A stretch of 64,000 nucleotides of DNA from Felis catus (lineage: Eukaryota), in NCBI RefSeq assembly GCF_018350175.1, contig NC_058368.1, forward strand, positions 76,076,001 to 76,140,000. Direction: 5' to 3'. This document shows, one piece after another, positions 1 to 13,460 of the stretch. The position numbers and the translations under genes are program-made. Positions within the stretch are counted from its first letter, which is position 1; the number at the start of each line of letters is the position of its first letter. The notes beneath the pieces are model-generated. The model was not told the DNA's origin. It did no database searches and saw nothing but the letters and a program-made list of their open reading frames with translations.

Positions 1-1304
1 CCGTCTAGAACAATACAAAGGCAGACGCGGGTAAGCAGAAGGAAGACCCCACAATTCTGGGCACAAAATGACAGGGCTTGCTGGGTCTAGGAAACAGAAA
101 TAAAAACACTAAACAAGAGTGAACAGAGCCCAAGGGACCTGTGGGGCACAGGTGAGCAGACGACCACATGCTCTAGTACTCCCAGTTTGAACACTGAAAG
201 TAACCTTAGTCTTTAAGACTCTCCCCTTCCAGAAGAGTCCCATACACTTTAAGCAAAGCATTGCAGTAGATCTTTGATGTGACCATTCATATTTGAGGCA
301 CTATCATGGTATAGATGGCAACTAATAGATTCTAAGCAAGGATTTATCATTTCTCTGCTACGACCCTCCCAGTATTTCTTATTCTTTACTCCTTCTCTCT
401 ACATCTTATAAGCTCTAGCTAGCACTAACGTATTTGGTTTCTGTCTCTGTAGATGTCTCCAGGTCTGTCCCTCTCTATCTCACACATCCACATTATTTGT
501 CTCTTTCACCTGTCTTTAAGTGCAGAGACCACTGTTCTGCTAATGGTTGACACAGTTTTCCATCTAAAACCTTGAAGAAGAAATAGGAGGCTGCAAAGAT
601 TCTAGTTTCATACTGTAAGTGTCTTTACAGCATGTGATCTCAAAAACGGGCTTTGGAAGTGGGGGTGGCGGGAACTGGGGAGGACATTGCTAAGCATTCT
701 GGGTTTATTACTAAGCTGTCACACAGCAATTGGAGGAGGGAGGAGCTGGGGGAGGGCACAGGAGGAAGTTGAAGAGAAGAATCAAGGGCAATGAAGAGTT
801 GCAATTACAAATTAGGTAATTGGGCATGGAAACATTTGCTTTAATTTCAACACTCTACTCTGCATTCTGAATTCACCACTGTCTATTTGTGTCAATGCAT
901 CCCTATTTTTTGTTCCTCAGTTGCTTTAAAAAATAATTACATTCAGCTGGAAATAAGATACTGCATGTGATACATCACATAGATGAAAACTGCATCACAT
1001 ATTGCCATATAAGGATAACCCTTTGTGTGTTGGTTATCACACATTTTAGAAAACCTAAAAACGGAAAAATAATTCTCATCTCCTGATAACGGGATTGATT
1101 CTGGAAATTATGGAATAATTTGTTATGTTATACTGCAGTTGTAATATAAGAACCACTAAATACGCTGAAAATGGAATAATCTTTTGATTATAGCTGTATT
1201 TTTAAACATGATTCCACGAAAACATTGGGAAAAAATGTTTTACCCACTGAGACTGGAGGAGGAAAAGTACATAAACTAGCGGGCTAAAATAACTATCGTA
1301 ACAA

Positions 1305-1496
1305 TCATAAGTCCTGTATTCGCAACTGTAACATAAAATCCCTTGGACTTTTAATAGTAGGATGATTCTCAGCTAAATTCCGAGACGTTGTTCGATAAAA
1401 ACTATTTTCTGACATCTTAATTAAAGAGTGTGAGGGAGGCCGATGACTTCCCATAAAATCTTTCACACATAAAGTCAAAAAGGACATTTTAGGCAA
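1305..1496 (-). pseudogene. Possible terminal coding exon relic (LPKMSFLTLCVKDF...LRIQDL*)
   Basis: Acceptor ctgattacag| directly before a 63-codon open frame in unique sequence. Confidence 0.25.
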
Positions 1497-1715
1497 CTGT
1501 AATCAGTAGGCTGGCTTTTTATCTTCCTCTCTTAGGAGAGGCACCACTACCCAGATCTCTGATGAGCTAATTGCTCTGATAAGGCTATGGCCACAACATA
1601 ATGAGAAATTGTCAAAGAAGCCACCAGAACTGTGGCAGTTCCTACCCATACTGAAATCCACCTGCTAACACACCTGTAAGAAAAACTACCAAGTCACAGT
1701 AATTCTCTTATGCTG

Positions 1716-1832
1716 GTGTGTGTGTGTGCATGTGTATGTGCGTGCACGTGTATGCATGCATGTGTGCATGTGTTTGTGCGTGCGCGCGTGTGTGTGCGTG
1801 TGTGTGTGTGTGTGTGTGCGCGCGTGTATGTG
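1716..1832. repeat. Imperfect (TG)n/(CG)/(TA) alternating purine-pyrimidine tract
   Basis: About 115 nt of RY alternation. Confidence 0.95.
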
Positions 1833-2132
1833 TTGGAAGGTCTCTGAGGAGGCTTTTTCCTAATGTGATCGATACAAACCATTATACCAAATAATTAGGC
1901 AAACAAGTACCAGTCCACTGAAACCTGAGCTATCTGATTTTGTTACACTCTGATTAAAGTAAGTGGAATTTAGGACATTGATTTTGAAAATAAAGAGAAA
2001 ATAAATAGTCTGGAAGGTTTTGTTTTTGTGTTTCAGGTCTTTTGCCATTTCTTTTTGTTTTGTTACTTTACACTAGCTTCTGGAAGGATATGTAAACAAA
2101 ACAACTATAAATAAAAAAAACTGAGAATCATT

Positions 2133-2344
2133 GGGGTGCCTGGGTGGCTCAGTTGGTTGAGGGTCCGACTTCAGCTCAGGTCATGATCTCGCAACTAGTG
2201 GGTTAGAGCTCTGCATCGGGCTCTGTGCTGACAGCTCAGAGCCTGGAGGTTGCTTCGGATTCTGGGTTTCCCTCTCTCTCTGCCTCTCTCTCTCTCTCTC
2301 TCAAAAATAAATAAACATTAAAAATTAAAAAAAAAAAAAGAACG
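2133..2344 (+). mobile_element. CanSINE (SINEC_Fc type)
   Basis: ggggtgcctgggtggctcag head, (CT)n, A tail, TSD aaaaactgagaatca. Confidence 0.95.
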
Positions 2345-2394
2345 AAAAACTGAGAATCAGTAATTGAAATATGCCTGACTCTAACATCATTCTC

Positions 2395-2750
2395 TGCTGT
2401 GCTGGTAGATTGCGGTATCGTTCACAAATGTTTACTGTTCCTCTCTGCTCTGACACCATCAATGTCAGGGTTAGCACGTCACCCCTTCAGGCCACTGAAA
2501 TGTGAGCAGAAGTCATGTGTCATTTCCAGGAAAAACTTTTGAGAGGCAGCAGCAATGTATTCACCGTACTGTTTCTCTCTGACTAGCAGCAGCCTTCTCA
2601 AGAGGAAATGCTCGAGCCCCAGAGTAAAGGTGACGTGGGAGCAAAGCTAAAACCAACTGGTCGCACAAGTGAGAAATACCCTTGATTGTAAGTTATTAAG
2701 ATTTGAGGTCATTTGTTACCATAGTATGACTTGGCACATCCTGATTCGCA
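2395..2750 (+). mobile_element. MaLR LTR (MLT1-like)
   Basis: aaatgtgagcagaagt...tgtcatttcc and terminal tttgttaccatagtatgacttggcacatcctga resemble MLT1. Confidence 0.65.
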
Positions 2751-3094
2751 AAGATGACGGCATCAGTGAGGCACGCGGTACACTGCTAACCAGATTATCA
2801 AATGACAAGCAAGCGAATGCGACTTGTTCCTTAACGTGCATCTGAAATAATATGTCCAGAGAAGCAGACACCATTACCTTCCACTTATTAAAGAAATTAC
2901 GGTGTCTTACTCTGAAATAATACATGCTGCTATTTATTATTTTTGTGGGCAATATGATAAAATCACTATAAACATTAAAAAAAAAGTAACAATCCCAAAA
3001 TTTGGAGCAGTAAAAACGTAAGTTATTTTGGCTTAAATGTTGTAAGTATCACAGCACTTACTAAACAAAAAAACAAAAAAAAAAGTTGAGATAA

Positions 3095-3306
3095 GGGGCA
3101 CCTGGGTGGCTCAGTGGGTTAAGCGTCTGACTTCGCCTCAGGTCATGATCTCCCAGTTTGTGAGTTTGAGCCCTGCATCAGGCTCTGTGCTGACAGATCG
3201 GAGTCTGGAGCCTGCCTCGGATTCTGTGACTCCCTCTTTCTCTGCCCCTCCCCTGCTCACGCTCTGTCTCTCTCTCTCCCAAAAATAAATCAACATTTTT
3301 TTTTTT
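3095..3306 (+). mobile_element. CanSINE
   Basis: Full head, CT tract, TSD aagttgaga. Confidence 0.95.
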
Positions 3307-5509
3307 AAGTTGAGACAAGATAGGACATTGACAAATGCCTTGTAGAGGGAAAACGTTTTATAACAGATGTTCCCTGAGCCTGCAAATTAAATGAAATATA
3401 CCCAATACTAGCCACATTTATAATAACATTTGAAGAAAGCAAGAGTATCCCACATTGTAATTATAAATTTTAATTTCCCACATAGTTAGCCTGTACCATT
3501 CACGGAACAAATATTGAACAAAGCACTGTTAACAATCTGTGCCTAAATACATGATCCCTGACAAAAAAATAATTGTTTCCATTCCCAGAGATCCTTCCAA
3601 GCACAAGAATGTTCTCCCTGGGCATGCTTAATACCTTGAGAAAAATACTTTGTGTTTTGTACACATTTTTTAACTCGTTGTATCATAATGGAAACCATTG
3701 AGCATTAGTGTTTACTTTTATATATCTGTAGCAATGTGCAGATCTTCTCCTTTAGCTTTAGATATAAAAACACAGATTTAGATATCCATAAACAGATAGA
3801 TAGATAGATTTAGATATTCATATATACATACGTAGAAAAGCTACTGTGTAAGCTTGATTCAGTGTGCATGGAGTCTGATTTGGATGTCATTCAACAAGAC
3901 TCAATTTTTAGTACTCAAACACCTCGTGGCAAGCACCCCACGATGGCATAGTGTTAAAATAAGAGTACACAAGAATTTTTAGATTTATTTAACTCAAATA
4001 CTAAGGATTTATGTACTTCTTCCAGAAAACTCCATCTTGTTCAAAAGCTAATTATAGAAAACCTACTTTTACCACTAAGAACCAGGTCAACCTGCCCAAG
4101 GGAAAAAGAGGTAAGACTGTCAGCTAACCTCTCAGACTCCACATCTGCTTTGCCTCAGCAATTTAAATAAAGAACACATTCACGTCTTAACACATCCGTA
4201 GTTCTTAACCATACCTTTCCCCCCCGTGAGTCTCTGACCATGACAACACGCTTCAGCAGAAATGGCTGTGGTCCGCATAACTGGTCTGTTCAACCATCTT
4301 CTGAACCATCAGCTGATGAACAAATCAGGTCAAAACATATCTTGAATATTTCTTCATTAGAATATCTGAGACTTCGCTCCTTGGTTTAGCCTATACTGTC
4401 ATGTACGGAATGCGTGTATCTGAAAAAGAGGCCATCTGAAAAAAAGGCTTATTTTGACCATAAATGGTCAAAAGACCATTTATGAAGGATCAACACTGTG
4501 ACAACACTCAAGTTCATAGCACTGCATGATCTTGAACTTGCACTCTGCTCAGAACTTGTAGGTAATATCAGGCACAGGGCCAGGGAGATAGTGTTGAAAA
4601 TACCATGTTATGCTTCATTGTTTAAGCGAAACCACCAATGAATTAGTCAGGAGGAGTTTACAAGAAAAATACCAGTGTAAGGAATACTTGCAATGTTACA
4701 GGCAGCTATTTTTAATAAAGCTTCATACAAAAGAAAGGAGATTGAAGGGAAAAATTGAGTCTACAGCAAAGAGAGTAGACCCGTAAAATTTGTCAAGCAA
4801 CGTGTTCGAAATAGGAGAATAAGGGTCATTTGGATGCAAAACCAGACTGAAAGCTTCGGTGTCCGTGGCAGGTTGAAAGAAAGCTTTCGGTGAGGTGGAA
4901 AAATCTGGTGGAAGTCCAGACCAGGGTGGTTTCAGAAAAGGGGAGAGAAAGTAGCAGGGGTAAGACCGAGGGGAGAAAGGCGAATATAATGTGACGGATG
5001 CCTTTTATAAGTTCACATTTCTGTAAGGAACAGGGCTGCAATTCTCATGTATTTGTTGCATAAAACATGGGAGCTCGGAATGAGGGAAAAGAGGACAACT
5101 GCGTGCAAGTTATCCAAGGCCAATGTCTCTGTCCATCGGAGGGGAGTCCTACTCTCCAAGACGCCCTCTAACGATCTTCACGTTATTCTCATTCTCAACA
5201 CTGCTTTCACGTAAAAGTAGTCATTTGTCAGAAATTTAGTAGATTTGTTAGCCATATCAGACTTGAAACAATCCACTTAGTCCCACACAATGAGTATCGT
5301 AAGACCTGGTGTATGTGTACATGTGGGTACACGTACATATGTAGGTATGTACGTGTATGTGTGTTCCGGGAAAAGATCAACAAATACTTATCCCAATTAT
5401 CACTGAATTGAAAAAAAAAAGATATAAAAATATACGGAAACATTAAAGTTTGGGTCTGAGAACAGAACAATTTCCTAAAATATGCGCTGTATTAGAAAAT
5501 AATAAATGT

Positions 5510-5725
5510 GGGGCGCCTGGGTGGCTCAGTCGGTTACGTGTCCAACTTCGGCTCAGGTCACGATGTCGCGGTCCGTGAGTTAGAGCCCCGCGTCGGGCTC
5601 TGTGCTGACAGCTCAGAGCCTGGAGCCTGTTTCAGATTCTGTGTCTCCCTCTCTCTCTGACCCTCCCCCGTTCGTGCTGTGTCTCTCTCTGTCTCAAAAA
5701 TAAATAAACGTTAAAAAAAAAAAAA
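5510..5725 (+). mobile_element. CanSINE (young, CpG-rich)
   Basis: Full length, TSD agaaaataataaatgt. Confidence 0.97.
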
Positions 5726-6318
5726 AGAAAATAATAAATGTTCCCGTTGGTTGCGGAAGCTTTCAGAGTAATTGATGTCCACGTGTACAAGACATGTAAT
5801 ATATAATTTCTGCTTCCAGACATGTAGATGTCTGAAATGTCTTAATTTCTTAGCTCTTAGGCATCACACATTAAATGAAAGCTACATTCAGGATCTTGGA
5901 TCAATTTTGATGTTTTTTTCCAAAGGTTATTTTTTAAACAGATTCGCTGGAAAAGTTGGTGATAAATCCAATACCCAACAGTCCTAGTTCTCATAGTTAA
6001 CGAGTGGTTAACAACTGAACATCTGTATCCCTTTCTCCAAAATCCTCCTCCTTTCCCCTGCCCACACTTACTCTTTTACGGAGTCACCCACAACACCATG
6101 GTGAATGCCAAGAGACAGAATGATCTCAGAAATAAAACAGCTTAAAATGTTTAAATTGATTATTGTCTTACCCTCGAGGTCCTTGGAAGTCAAGTGAGAA
6201 TAAAAGATTTACTAAGGGATTAATCCTATACACATCCCAATGCTGCTACACAATCCTAGGGAAGAAGCAAGATGGGGGATCACGCAGGTGGGGAGGCCTC
6301 CTGGGCCCCAATGCTTAC

Positions 6319-6476
6319 TGAAGATGTTATGCAGATTTCCTTCAGGCTGATGAGTCTCATGCTATGCAAAACACAGGCTAATTTGCTGCTACACGGGTTC
6401 GGTCTTTGGGAAATAGCACTTAATATTCTCAGATGTGTAATGAGGGCGGAGAGGTTCCTTGCGGGGTGCATGGTGT
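6319..6476 (-). pseudogene. Candidate exon relic, 158 nt (TMHPARNLSALITHLRILSAISQRP...KEICITSS)
   Basis: Acceptor tttcctaatgtcctaaag| and donor TCA|gtaagc; open frame. Confidence 0.35.
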
Positions 6477-7599
6477 CTTTAGGACATTAGGAAATTAGGA
6501 AGGACACCACTTGGAGAAATATGCGTCTTTATCAGCACATGTGAGTTCCAAAGAATCACTCAGAAATTGAAGGTCGAATTGTTCACGGCACTGATGGGAG
6601 GCGCTTTCCAGTTGTTTTGAAATAAAAGTCTAACAGAAGCGGAAGCCCCTGGAGAATCACCATTGCTCCCCGCCTGCCAGCAGCACACCCAGGTGCTTTT
6701 ACCAGGGCAAGGTCTGGACGTCAACCAGGCTAAGCAAGATGAAGAAACCCATCCCTCTTTCCTTAGGGCCACAGGCTCTTTTAAAACCAGTGTGAAGAAA
6801 CAATCGAATGTTAGCAAAGGTCAAAAGCCAGGATGAAGAGACTTTGTGATTAAAGCCCTTCCCTGAAGACAGCACACCTTCTCCCCACCTTCAATTTCAA
6901 ACCTAAGGACATCTAGCCCATGCTCGTTTCCTGGTTAATTTTTTAAGAACATGGGTTGCTAGGGATCGGAATACTGGATGAACTTCAAAAGATTTGAAAG
7001 GCTCTGCCTGGACCCACACGGTTCAGGCTGGGTCCCCCTGCGAGCACGGTGCTCATTTTTTCCCTTTCATTTCTGCTCTTCTCCGTTCTTCACATTTCTT
7101 TCTGACATCCTTCACAAGTTTTAAAAGGCTCATTTTTTTCCAGCTATTATTTAAGACAAAGCATCTCTGCAAAGCCTTGGAGGAGAACTGAGTTCTTTAC
7201 TATCCAAAGATGCGAGCAAGAAAATAGTTTTAAAAATCAGTAGCATTGATATACCAACGTCAAAACATTTTAAAGGCTTAATTTTTATCCAAGCTACGTT
7301 AATGCAGAAAACCTCAAAAGATCAAGTTTTCTTTCTATCTTCCTACCACTTCCTGAGTTCAGCCAGATCTGAAATGGCACAAAACAGCACCACTTGGATT
7401 TTTTGTTTTAATATGACACAAAAGTTTCCAAATTTGAGCACTCATGGAGACTCGGATTTTCATTTCTACAAGACAGGAAGCAAAGAAAAAATGGTAAGTG
7501 AACCACATTGATAAGAATGGACAGTCTCTCTCTGCAGACTCATGAGCTGCTACCCGGCCCCACCCTCTAGATTTCCAGGCTCTGGAGGTAGAGGGGAGG

Positions 7600-8260
7600 C
7601 CTACTTACCAAACATGCAAACAGTGTAAGTTGAAACTGAAGGAACAACAATTTGCCAGTTCCTTAAAATGCTCAACGTGCAATTACCACATGATCCAGCA
7701 ATTCTACTCCTAAGTACAGACCCAAAAGAAACAAACACAGCGACTCAGACAGCTAACTCTACACCAATGTCCACAGAAGCACTGTCCGTAATAGGCAAGA
7801 GGTGGGGGGGGAGGGGATGCCCAAGGGTCCACCGAAGGATGAATGGAGACACACAATAGGTATATACATACAATGGGACATTATTCAGCCAAATAAAAAA
7901 GGGAGTTCGGATACTCACTACATCAGGGATGTAGAAAGAAGCCAGATGCCAAAGGAAAAATATTGTGTGATGCTACTTATATAAGGTGCCTAGAATAGGA
8001 AAATTCTTAAGGACATAAAGAATAGAGGAGTTAGAGCAGGGACTGGGGTAGGAGAAGGTAGAGAGCTAGCGTTTTCATGGGTATAAGAATTTTTATTTGG
8101 GATGATGAAAAAGTCCTAGAAAAAGACAGTGGTGACGGCTGCACAACGCGGTGAAAGTACTTAATGCCACGGAGTAAAACACTTAAACATAATTAAAGTG
8201 GTCAATTCTAGGTACATTTGGTACACATTTATGTTTTGCGAGTATTTCACCACATAACAA
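7600..8260 (+). mobile_element. Old L1 (L1M) 3' end fragment
   Basis: Degenerate ORF2 C-terminus (LPHDPAILLL...) and 3'UTR ggtgacggctgcacaac...gtacttaatgccac. Confidence 0.85.
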
Positions 8261-8670
8261 ATACATCATTAAGAAAACAAGGAGACAATGTGTTAAATCA
8301 GTTAAGTTACATCCTTCCCTCTTCTCTTGATAAATAGACCTTTTGGTATCATTTGAATTTAGGCTCGGTGCAGGTCTCTGCCTCCCACCAGGAGTATGAT
8401 GGTGCAGGGCAACGTCCTTGCAACCTGGCCCCATAATCACGCGGCCTCATTATCCCCTCGGAGGCACATCTCGGTGATGGTGTGGTCTGACCTCAGGAAG
8501 AGGCAGCCACACAACAGGCCTGCTTGCTCTTGCAAATGAGCCCCAGACTACGAGTAGGAAATTCCAGGAGCATCACATAGAAGCTGGCACAGGCTGATGG
8601 GGGCATGTTCCCTTGGCCCACAGGATATTCTGATTCCTTGCTCCATGGGAGAGGGAGGATGATAATGCAC

Positions 8671-8833
8671 CTGTGTGCCAAAGCAGGTGCCCTCTTCAAT
8701 AAGGGGTCCAGCAGAAGCCCCTCTCTCATGAGGTCTATGAGCAGAACTGGATTCTGTGATTGATTCAGAAGCCATCCATTTCGCCTCACCAGTGTCACTG
8801 ATGAGAGAGCCCTTCATCACAGACCCATCTGAC
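8671..8833 (-). pseudogene. Candidate exon relic, 163 nt (SDGSVMKGSLISDTGEAKWMASES...TCFGTQ)
   Basis: Acceptor cttgtatcagtcctag| and donor CAG|gtgcat; open within ORF 8548-8853. Confidence 0.3.
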
Positions 8834-9423
8834 CTAGGACTGATACAAGACAAGTCTCTGGGCTCACACCAGTGTGACAGGTCTTTCCTATTTTAGGAGA
8901 TAGCTGTGGGGCTCATCCGTGTAGAATTAATGCCACCGGCCTTCCGCAATACACAACGTTTCGACTTCCAGACTGATTTGTTTAAACCCTCTTTGTGGAT
9001 GCTACTAGGTTGTTTCTCAAATGCTGACAAACTTCTGCACAGACAGGCGGTCCACAGACCCTACCTGGGGCCCCGGAGCGCATCACAGACTTTCTTTGGC
9101 AGCTGCCGTAGTTTCAATTCACAGACCCCGTTTCTCTAATTAAATTCATCTGCCAATAAGTTAACGCAAACTCTCATCATCTGACTTTTTAAAAACTGTG
9201 ATGGTGATACAGAATGAATGAAGAATCATAGCCTTCTCCCCTCTAGTGAAAATAAGAAACTGATTCCTCACAGCGTGATGAATACCACCCACCCTCCCTC
9301 CATCCTCTCCTGTTGAAGAACCAGGTCTACAGCAATATCATCATCTCTCTGCAGACTTACTAGACCAAGGGAGAGAAATGAGCTACATTACTCTGGTATC
9401 TTATTTGGATTTTGTAAGCATAC

Positions 9424-9501
9424 GTGGTGGCTCTTCCTGTTGCAAACAGATTCGGTTGTTTTCAAATTTAGAAGACGATTCAGGAATACCGTCCATATGA
9501 T
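9424..9501 (-). pseudogene. Candidate 78-nt exon relic (HMDGIPESSSKFENNRICLQQEEPP)
   Basis: Acceptor ttttgaatttcag| and donor CAC|gtatgc; open, phase 1-1; an alternative in-phase donor gtaagt lies at 9359-9360. Confidence 0.4.
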
Positions 9502-9639
9502 CTGAAATTCAAAATATGTCTTTTGGTTCTCTTTACGAAACCAAATTGCCCCAACTTTTTTTTCTCCTTTTTGCCAAATAGCCATTCACATTCCTATATT
9601 AAGGACTTCTCATTGATTCACTTATATGTATCTATGGAA

Positions 9640-10540
9640 GTCATCAAATTAAACCAACACTGTAGAAACAGTTGTCACAGGCAAAAGCCATCTACTGATG
9701 CTACAAATTAGTGGGCAAACGTGTGATGAAAAACAGGATATTTCCATAGACTCAAAGTACCTCTCCAGAAGATACTTCTAAATCACAAAGTTAAAAATAG
9801 TTGTGATTTTCTCATCACGAGGTCTCAGGGGTACAGGAGATGGAAACATGGCAGACGCCATCAAAACCAAGGAATTCTGGTTTATACCTCATGCACCCCG
9901 GAGACCACTTGAGGAGAAAAGCATCATGTCCCCTCAACAGTATTTTTGCAAGTATGTATAACCTCCGTCTACTCATGCCAAAACATCAGAAAAACCCCAG
10001 GTGAGGGGTGTTCTACAAAAATAACTAACCAGGACTCTTCTGAAGTTTCCAGGTGACAAAAGACAAGAGTGAGGTAGAGACAGATCGTTAAACAGAGAGA
10101 CACAGAGAACCCTGGCAACACAGAGCCCGGAGCTGGAAAACATTAGTGGCCAAACTGGGAAACCGCAAGAAGTTCTATAAATTAGTCGGTAGAATCATTA
10201 GTAGAAAATAGTAGTGAGATCGCTATTAATATCCCATATCACCGCATTTTCCATTTTATATTACCATATATTATTTTGTGGTATCAATGCCATGACATTA
10301 TTAATAAATAAGTAATGGTACTATGAGTTAATAGTATAGGTATTCATTACAGCAGTTAAAGTGTTACTAATAGCATTTAGCAATAAGAGTAAATGGTAAT
10401 TTCCAGATCTTCCTAGATACGCTATTGTTATGGATGATGCTAAAGTCAAGGGAAGCTGGGGAAAAGGGTATACAGGAACTCTCTACTTTTACAACTTTTC
10501 CATAAGTCTAAATTTATTAGAAATGAAAGCTTAAAAACAC
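9640..10540 (+). mobile_element. L1MC-like 3'UTR fragment
   Basis: ...gggaagctgggg...ggtatacaggaactctctac...caacttttccataagtctaaa terminus. Confidence 0.7.
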
Positions 10541-10559
10541 AAAAACAAGGCATCTTCAT

Positions 10560-10770
10560 GGGCGCCTGTGTGGCTCAGTCCGTCAAGGGTCCGACTCTTG
10601 ATTTCAGCTCAGGTCATGATCTCACGGTTTGTGGGTTCGAGCCCTGTGTTGGGCTCTGTGCTGCCATCACAGGCCCTGCTTAGGATTTTTTCTCTCCCTC
10701 TCCTTCTCTCTCTGTCCCTTTACTGCTTGTGTTCTCTTTCTCTTTCAAAATAAATACACTTAAAAAAAAA
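10560..10770 (+). mobile_element. CanSINE
   Basis: Head, CT tract, A tail. Confidence 0.9.
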
Positions 10771-11249
10771 GTCACCTTCAGCACACCCTCTTTGTCCTCT
10801 GTCCCTCTTGTGTGTGTCTGGAAGGCAGGCTCACTGTTGCAAGGGCAGCAGCATAAGGTAACAGGGACAAGATGCCCAGACAGCCGGAGTCCCTGACACC
10901 TGCAGACCCACAGTCACCGAGCCAGCCGCTCACCACCTGCCTGTCGCCAACCTCTTATCATGTGTGGAAAACAACACATATTCAATCAAGCCACTGAAAA
11001 ACTAAACAATTCTGATTTTTTAACTGTCCCTCATTCTCTGGAAATGAAGTTTTCACTATAAAATGACTGTTCTCCGTGGTTACAGTAGCCAAGGGTGTTG
11101 CATACAATTACAGTCTAGATTTATAGGTTTCCTTCTCTGCCACCTGCCCAACGTGGAGGTCATTAAACAGGATGTCTTCACATCTACCAAGTCCATGATA
11201 AAACAACATTAATGGTGCACTGATAATGGCATCTGCTTATATCTTACAT

Positions 11250-11415
11250 TCATAAAGCAGGTAACATTTCACAAAATATGCCACATGAATCATCTTATTG
11301 AATAACCTCAATGATTCTCCTAGGTAGATGTTATTATTTTCATTTGTGAAGAAAACTGATGTTCAGAGAGGCTATATTCCTCAAGATCACATAGCTGCTG
11401 TTGTGGTTTAAAACA
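11250..11415 (-). mobile_element. MIR fragment
   Basis: gaagaaaactgatgttcagagagg...caagatcacatagct core motif. Confidence 0.75.
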
Positions 11416-11424
11416 CACCCATAT

Positions 11425-11626
11425 GAGGGCACCTGGGTGGCTCAGCTGGTTAGGTGTCTGACTCTTGATTTCAACTCAGGTTGCGATCTCTCACGAACTG
11501 GAAGATGGAACCCTGCATCAGGCTCTGTGCTGAGCCTGCTTGGGATTCTCTCTCTCTTTCTCTCTGCCTCTCCCCTGCTCAAGCATGTGCTCTCTCTCTC
11601 TCTCTCTCAAAATAAATAAACACTTA
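11425..11626 (+). mobile_element. CanSINE
   Basis: Head, CT tract, tail running into a microsatellite. Confidence 0.92.
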
Positions 11627-11632
11627 ATATAC

Positions 11633-11708
<76 letters not shown>
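11627..11708. repeat. Compound (TA)n(CA)n microsatellite
   Basis: Read directly from the sequence. Confidence 0.97.
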
Positions 11709-11710
<2 letters not shown>

Positions 11711-11764
11711 ATATACACTTTGTCACTCCTCATGTCCAATAATAAGACCTACTTCTCCTTCCCT

Positions 11765-12235
11765 GGAAAGTAGCTGACCTTAGCAACTTGCTTCTGATTA
11801 ATGGGATGTGTAGAAATGAGGACCTGTGACTTTTAAGACTAGCTTATAAAAGGCATTGTGGTTTCTCTCTTGCTCTTCCTTGGGCAGCTCAGTCTCTGGA
11901 AAGCCAGCTACGAGGTGCGCAGACAGTCACGCTGACAGTGAAGAACAGATTCCTCCTACCAACAACCTGCGAACGAGATGTTTGGGAAACCAATGTTCTA
12001 CCCGGACAACCTTCATATGGTGGCAGACCCAGCTACCAGCTCAACTGCCACCTGAGGGGAGATTCCAGAACAGAACCACCCACCTAAGCCATTTCCAAAT
12101 TCCAGGACAGAACCACCACCTAAGCCATTTCCAAATTCCAGAACCATAGAACCTATAAGAGATGACACACATTTGTTGTTTAAGATGCTACGTTTGGGGA
12201 TCACTTGTTATGCAGTAAGAGATAAATAATATATA
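11765..12235 (+). mobile_element. MaLR LTR (MLT1-like) with internal tandem duplication
   Basis: Terminal tttgttgttttaag...tttggggatcacttgttatgcag; about 34-nt duplication at 12071-12141. Confidence 0.8.
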
Positions 12236-12257
12236 TACTAATAGTACTAGATTTAAG

Positions 12258-12455
12258 TTTTTTTAAGTTTATTTATTTTGAGAGAGAGAGAGAGAGACAG
12301 AACAGGAAAGGGGCAGAGAGAGAGAGAGAGAGGGAGAGACAATCCCAAGAAGGCTGTGCACCATCAGCATGGAGCACAATGCGGGGTTCGAACTCATGAA
12401 CCGTGAGATCGTGACCTGAGCCACAACCAAGAGTGGGGCATTTAACTGACAGAGG
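12258..12455 (-). mobile_element. CanSINE, 5'-truncated
   Basis: Antisense SINE, TSD ctagatttaa. Confidence 0.9.
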
Positions 12456-13004
12456 GCTAGATTTAAACTTAGTTCTTTTTACTGTATCATAGTTGCCTTC
12501 TCTCTGACACACTATAAACCAGTCCAGTATTTTGCTGTGATCATGACTAACTGAGATATAGAAGTCACTCTGTAAATGATGGTTCTCAGTCATAAGAGGA
12601 CTCCACTATTGTTTGGATGGGGTCTATCACTGCTTCAGAGCTCAGGCCCCCAGCATGACATAACATTTCACAGTTAATAGAAGGGGTAGAAAAATTCTCT
12701 TATGCTGTGGAATCCATAAAATAATATTCATGGAATATATCATGATAATATATTAAGATATACTTTAAATAAAGTATATTTATTTAAATAAAGATAAAAT
12801 ATGTATTATTTAAGTAATTATATAAAGTGCATTTATTCAAAAAAATAATGCATAAAGAAGAAAGCTTTGTCCCTCATAGGATTTAAAACTGCAATAGTTT
12901 GATCCCTTTAGAATAGGTAACTAAATCACGGTAGCCCCAGTTAGCTGTTCTATTGGCATAGGATTACTGGATCTTACATGATTTGTGTTTCTTTAGATGA
13001 TTTC

Positions 13005-13237
13005 TTTTTTTTTATTTTTTTAATGTTTATTTTTGAGAGAGAGAGAGACAGAGAGAGAGAGAGAGACACAGCATGAGTGAGGGGAGGGGCAGAGAGAGGG
13101 AGACACAGAATCCGAAGCAGGTTCCAGGCTCAGAGCTGTCAGCACAGAGCTCAATACGGGACTCGAACCCACAAACCATCAGATCATGACCTGAGCTGAA
13201 GTTAGGTGCTTAACCTACTAAGCCACCCAGGTGCCCC
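13005..13237 (-). mobile_element. CanSINE
   Basis: Antisense, full length. Confidence 0.95.
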
Positions 13238-13460
13238 TCTTTATAGGATCGCTTTGTAGGTCTACAAACAAAATCGTTAGGATTAAATGGAGTAATAATG
13301 AATACAATAGGGTAAATTATGCACACGTGAAAATTACAAGGGGTACGGCAAATTTCATGAGTTATTAAATCACTAAATGATACTGCTTTATTATAATGTA
13401 GCCGTCCCCAGCCCCCCAAACACACACACACACACACACACATCCCTGCCCCCCACGCAC

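Noticed and set aside
4215..4312. 98-nt minus-strand AG/GT-bounded segment
   Set aside because: It has stops in all three frames; it could be a decayed or non-coding exon but is not supportable alone.
12071..12141. Repeated approximately 34-nt unit (CRISPR-like at a glance)
   Set aside because: Only two copies, inside an MLT1 LTR in mammalian DNA; it is a simple tandem duplication.
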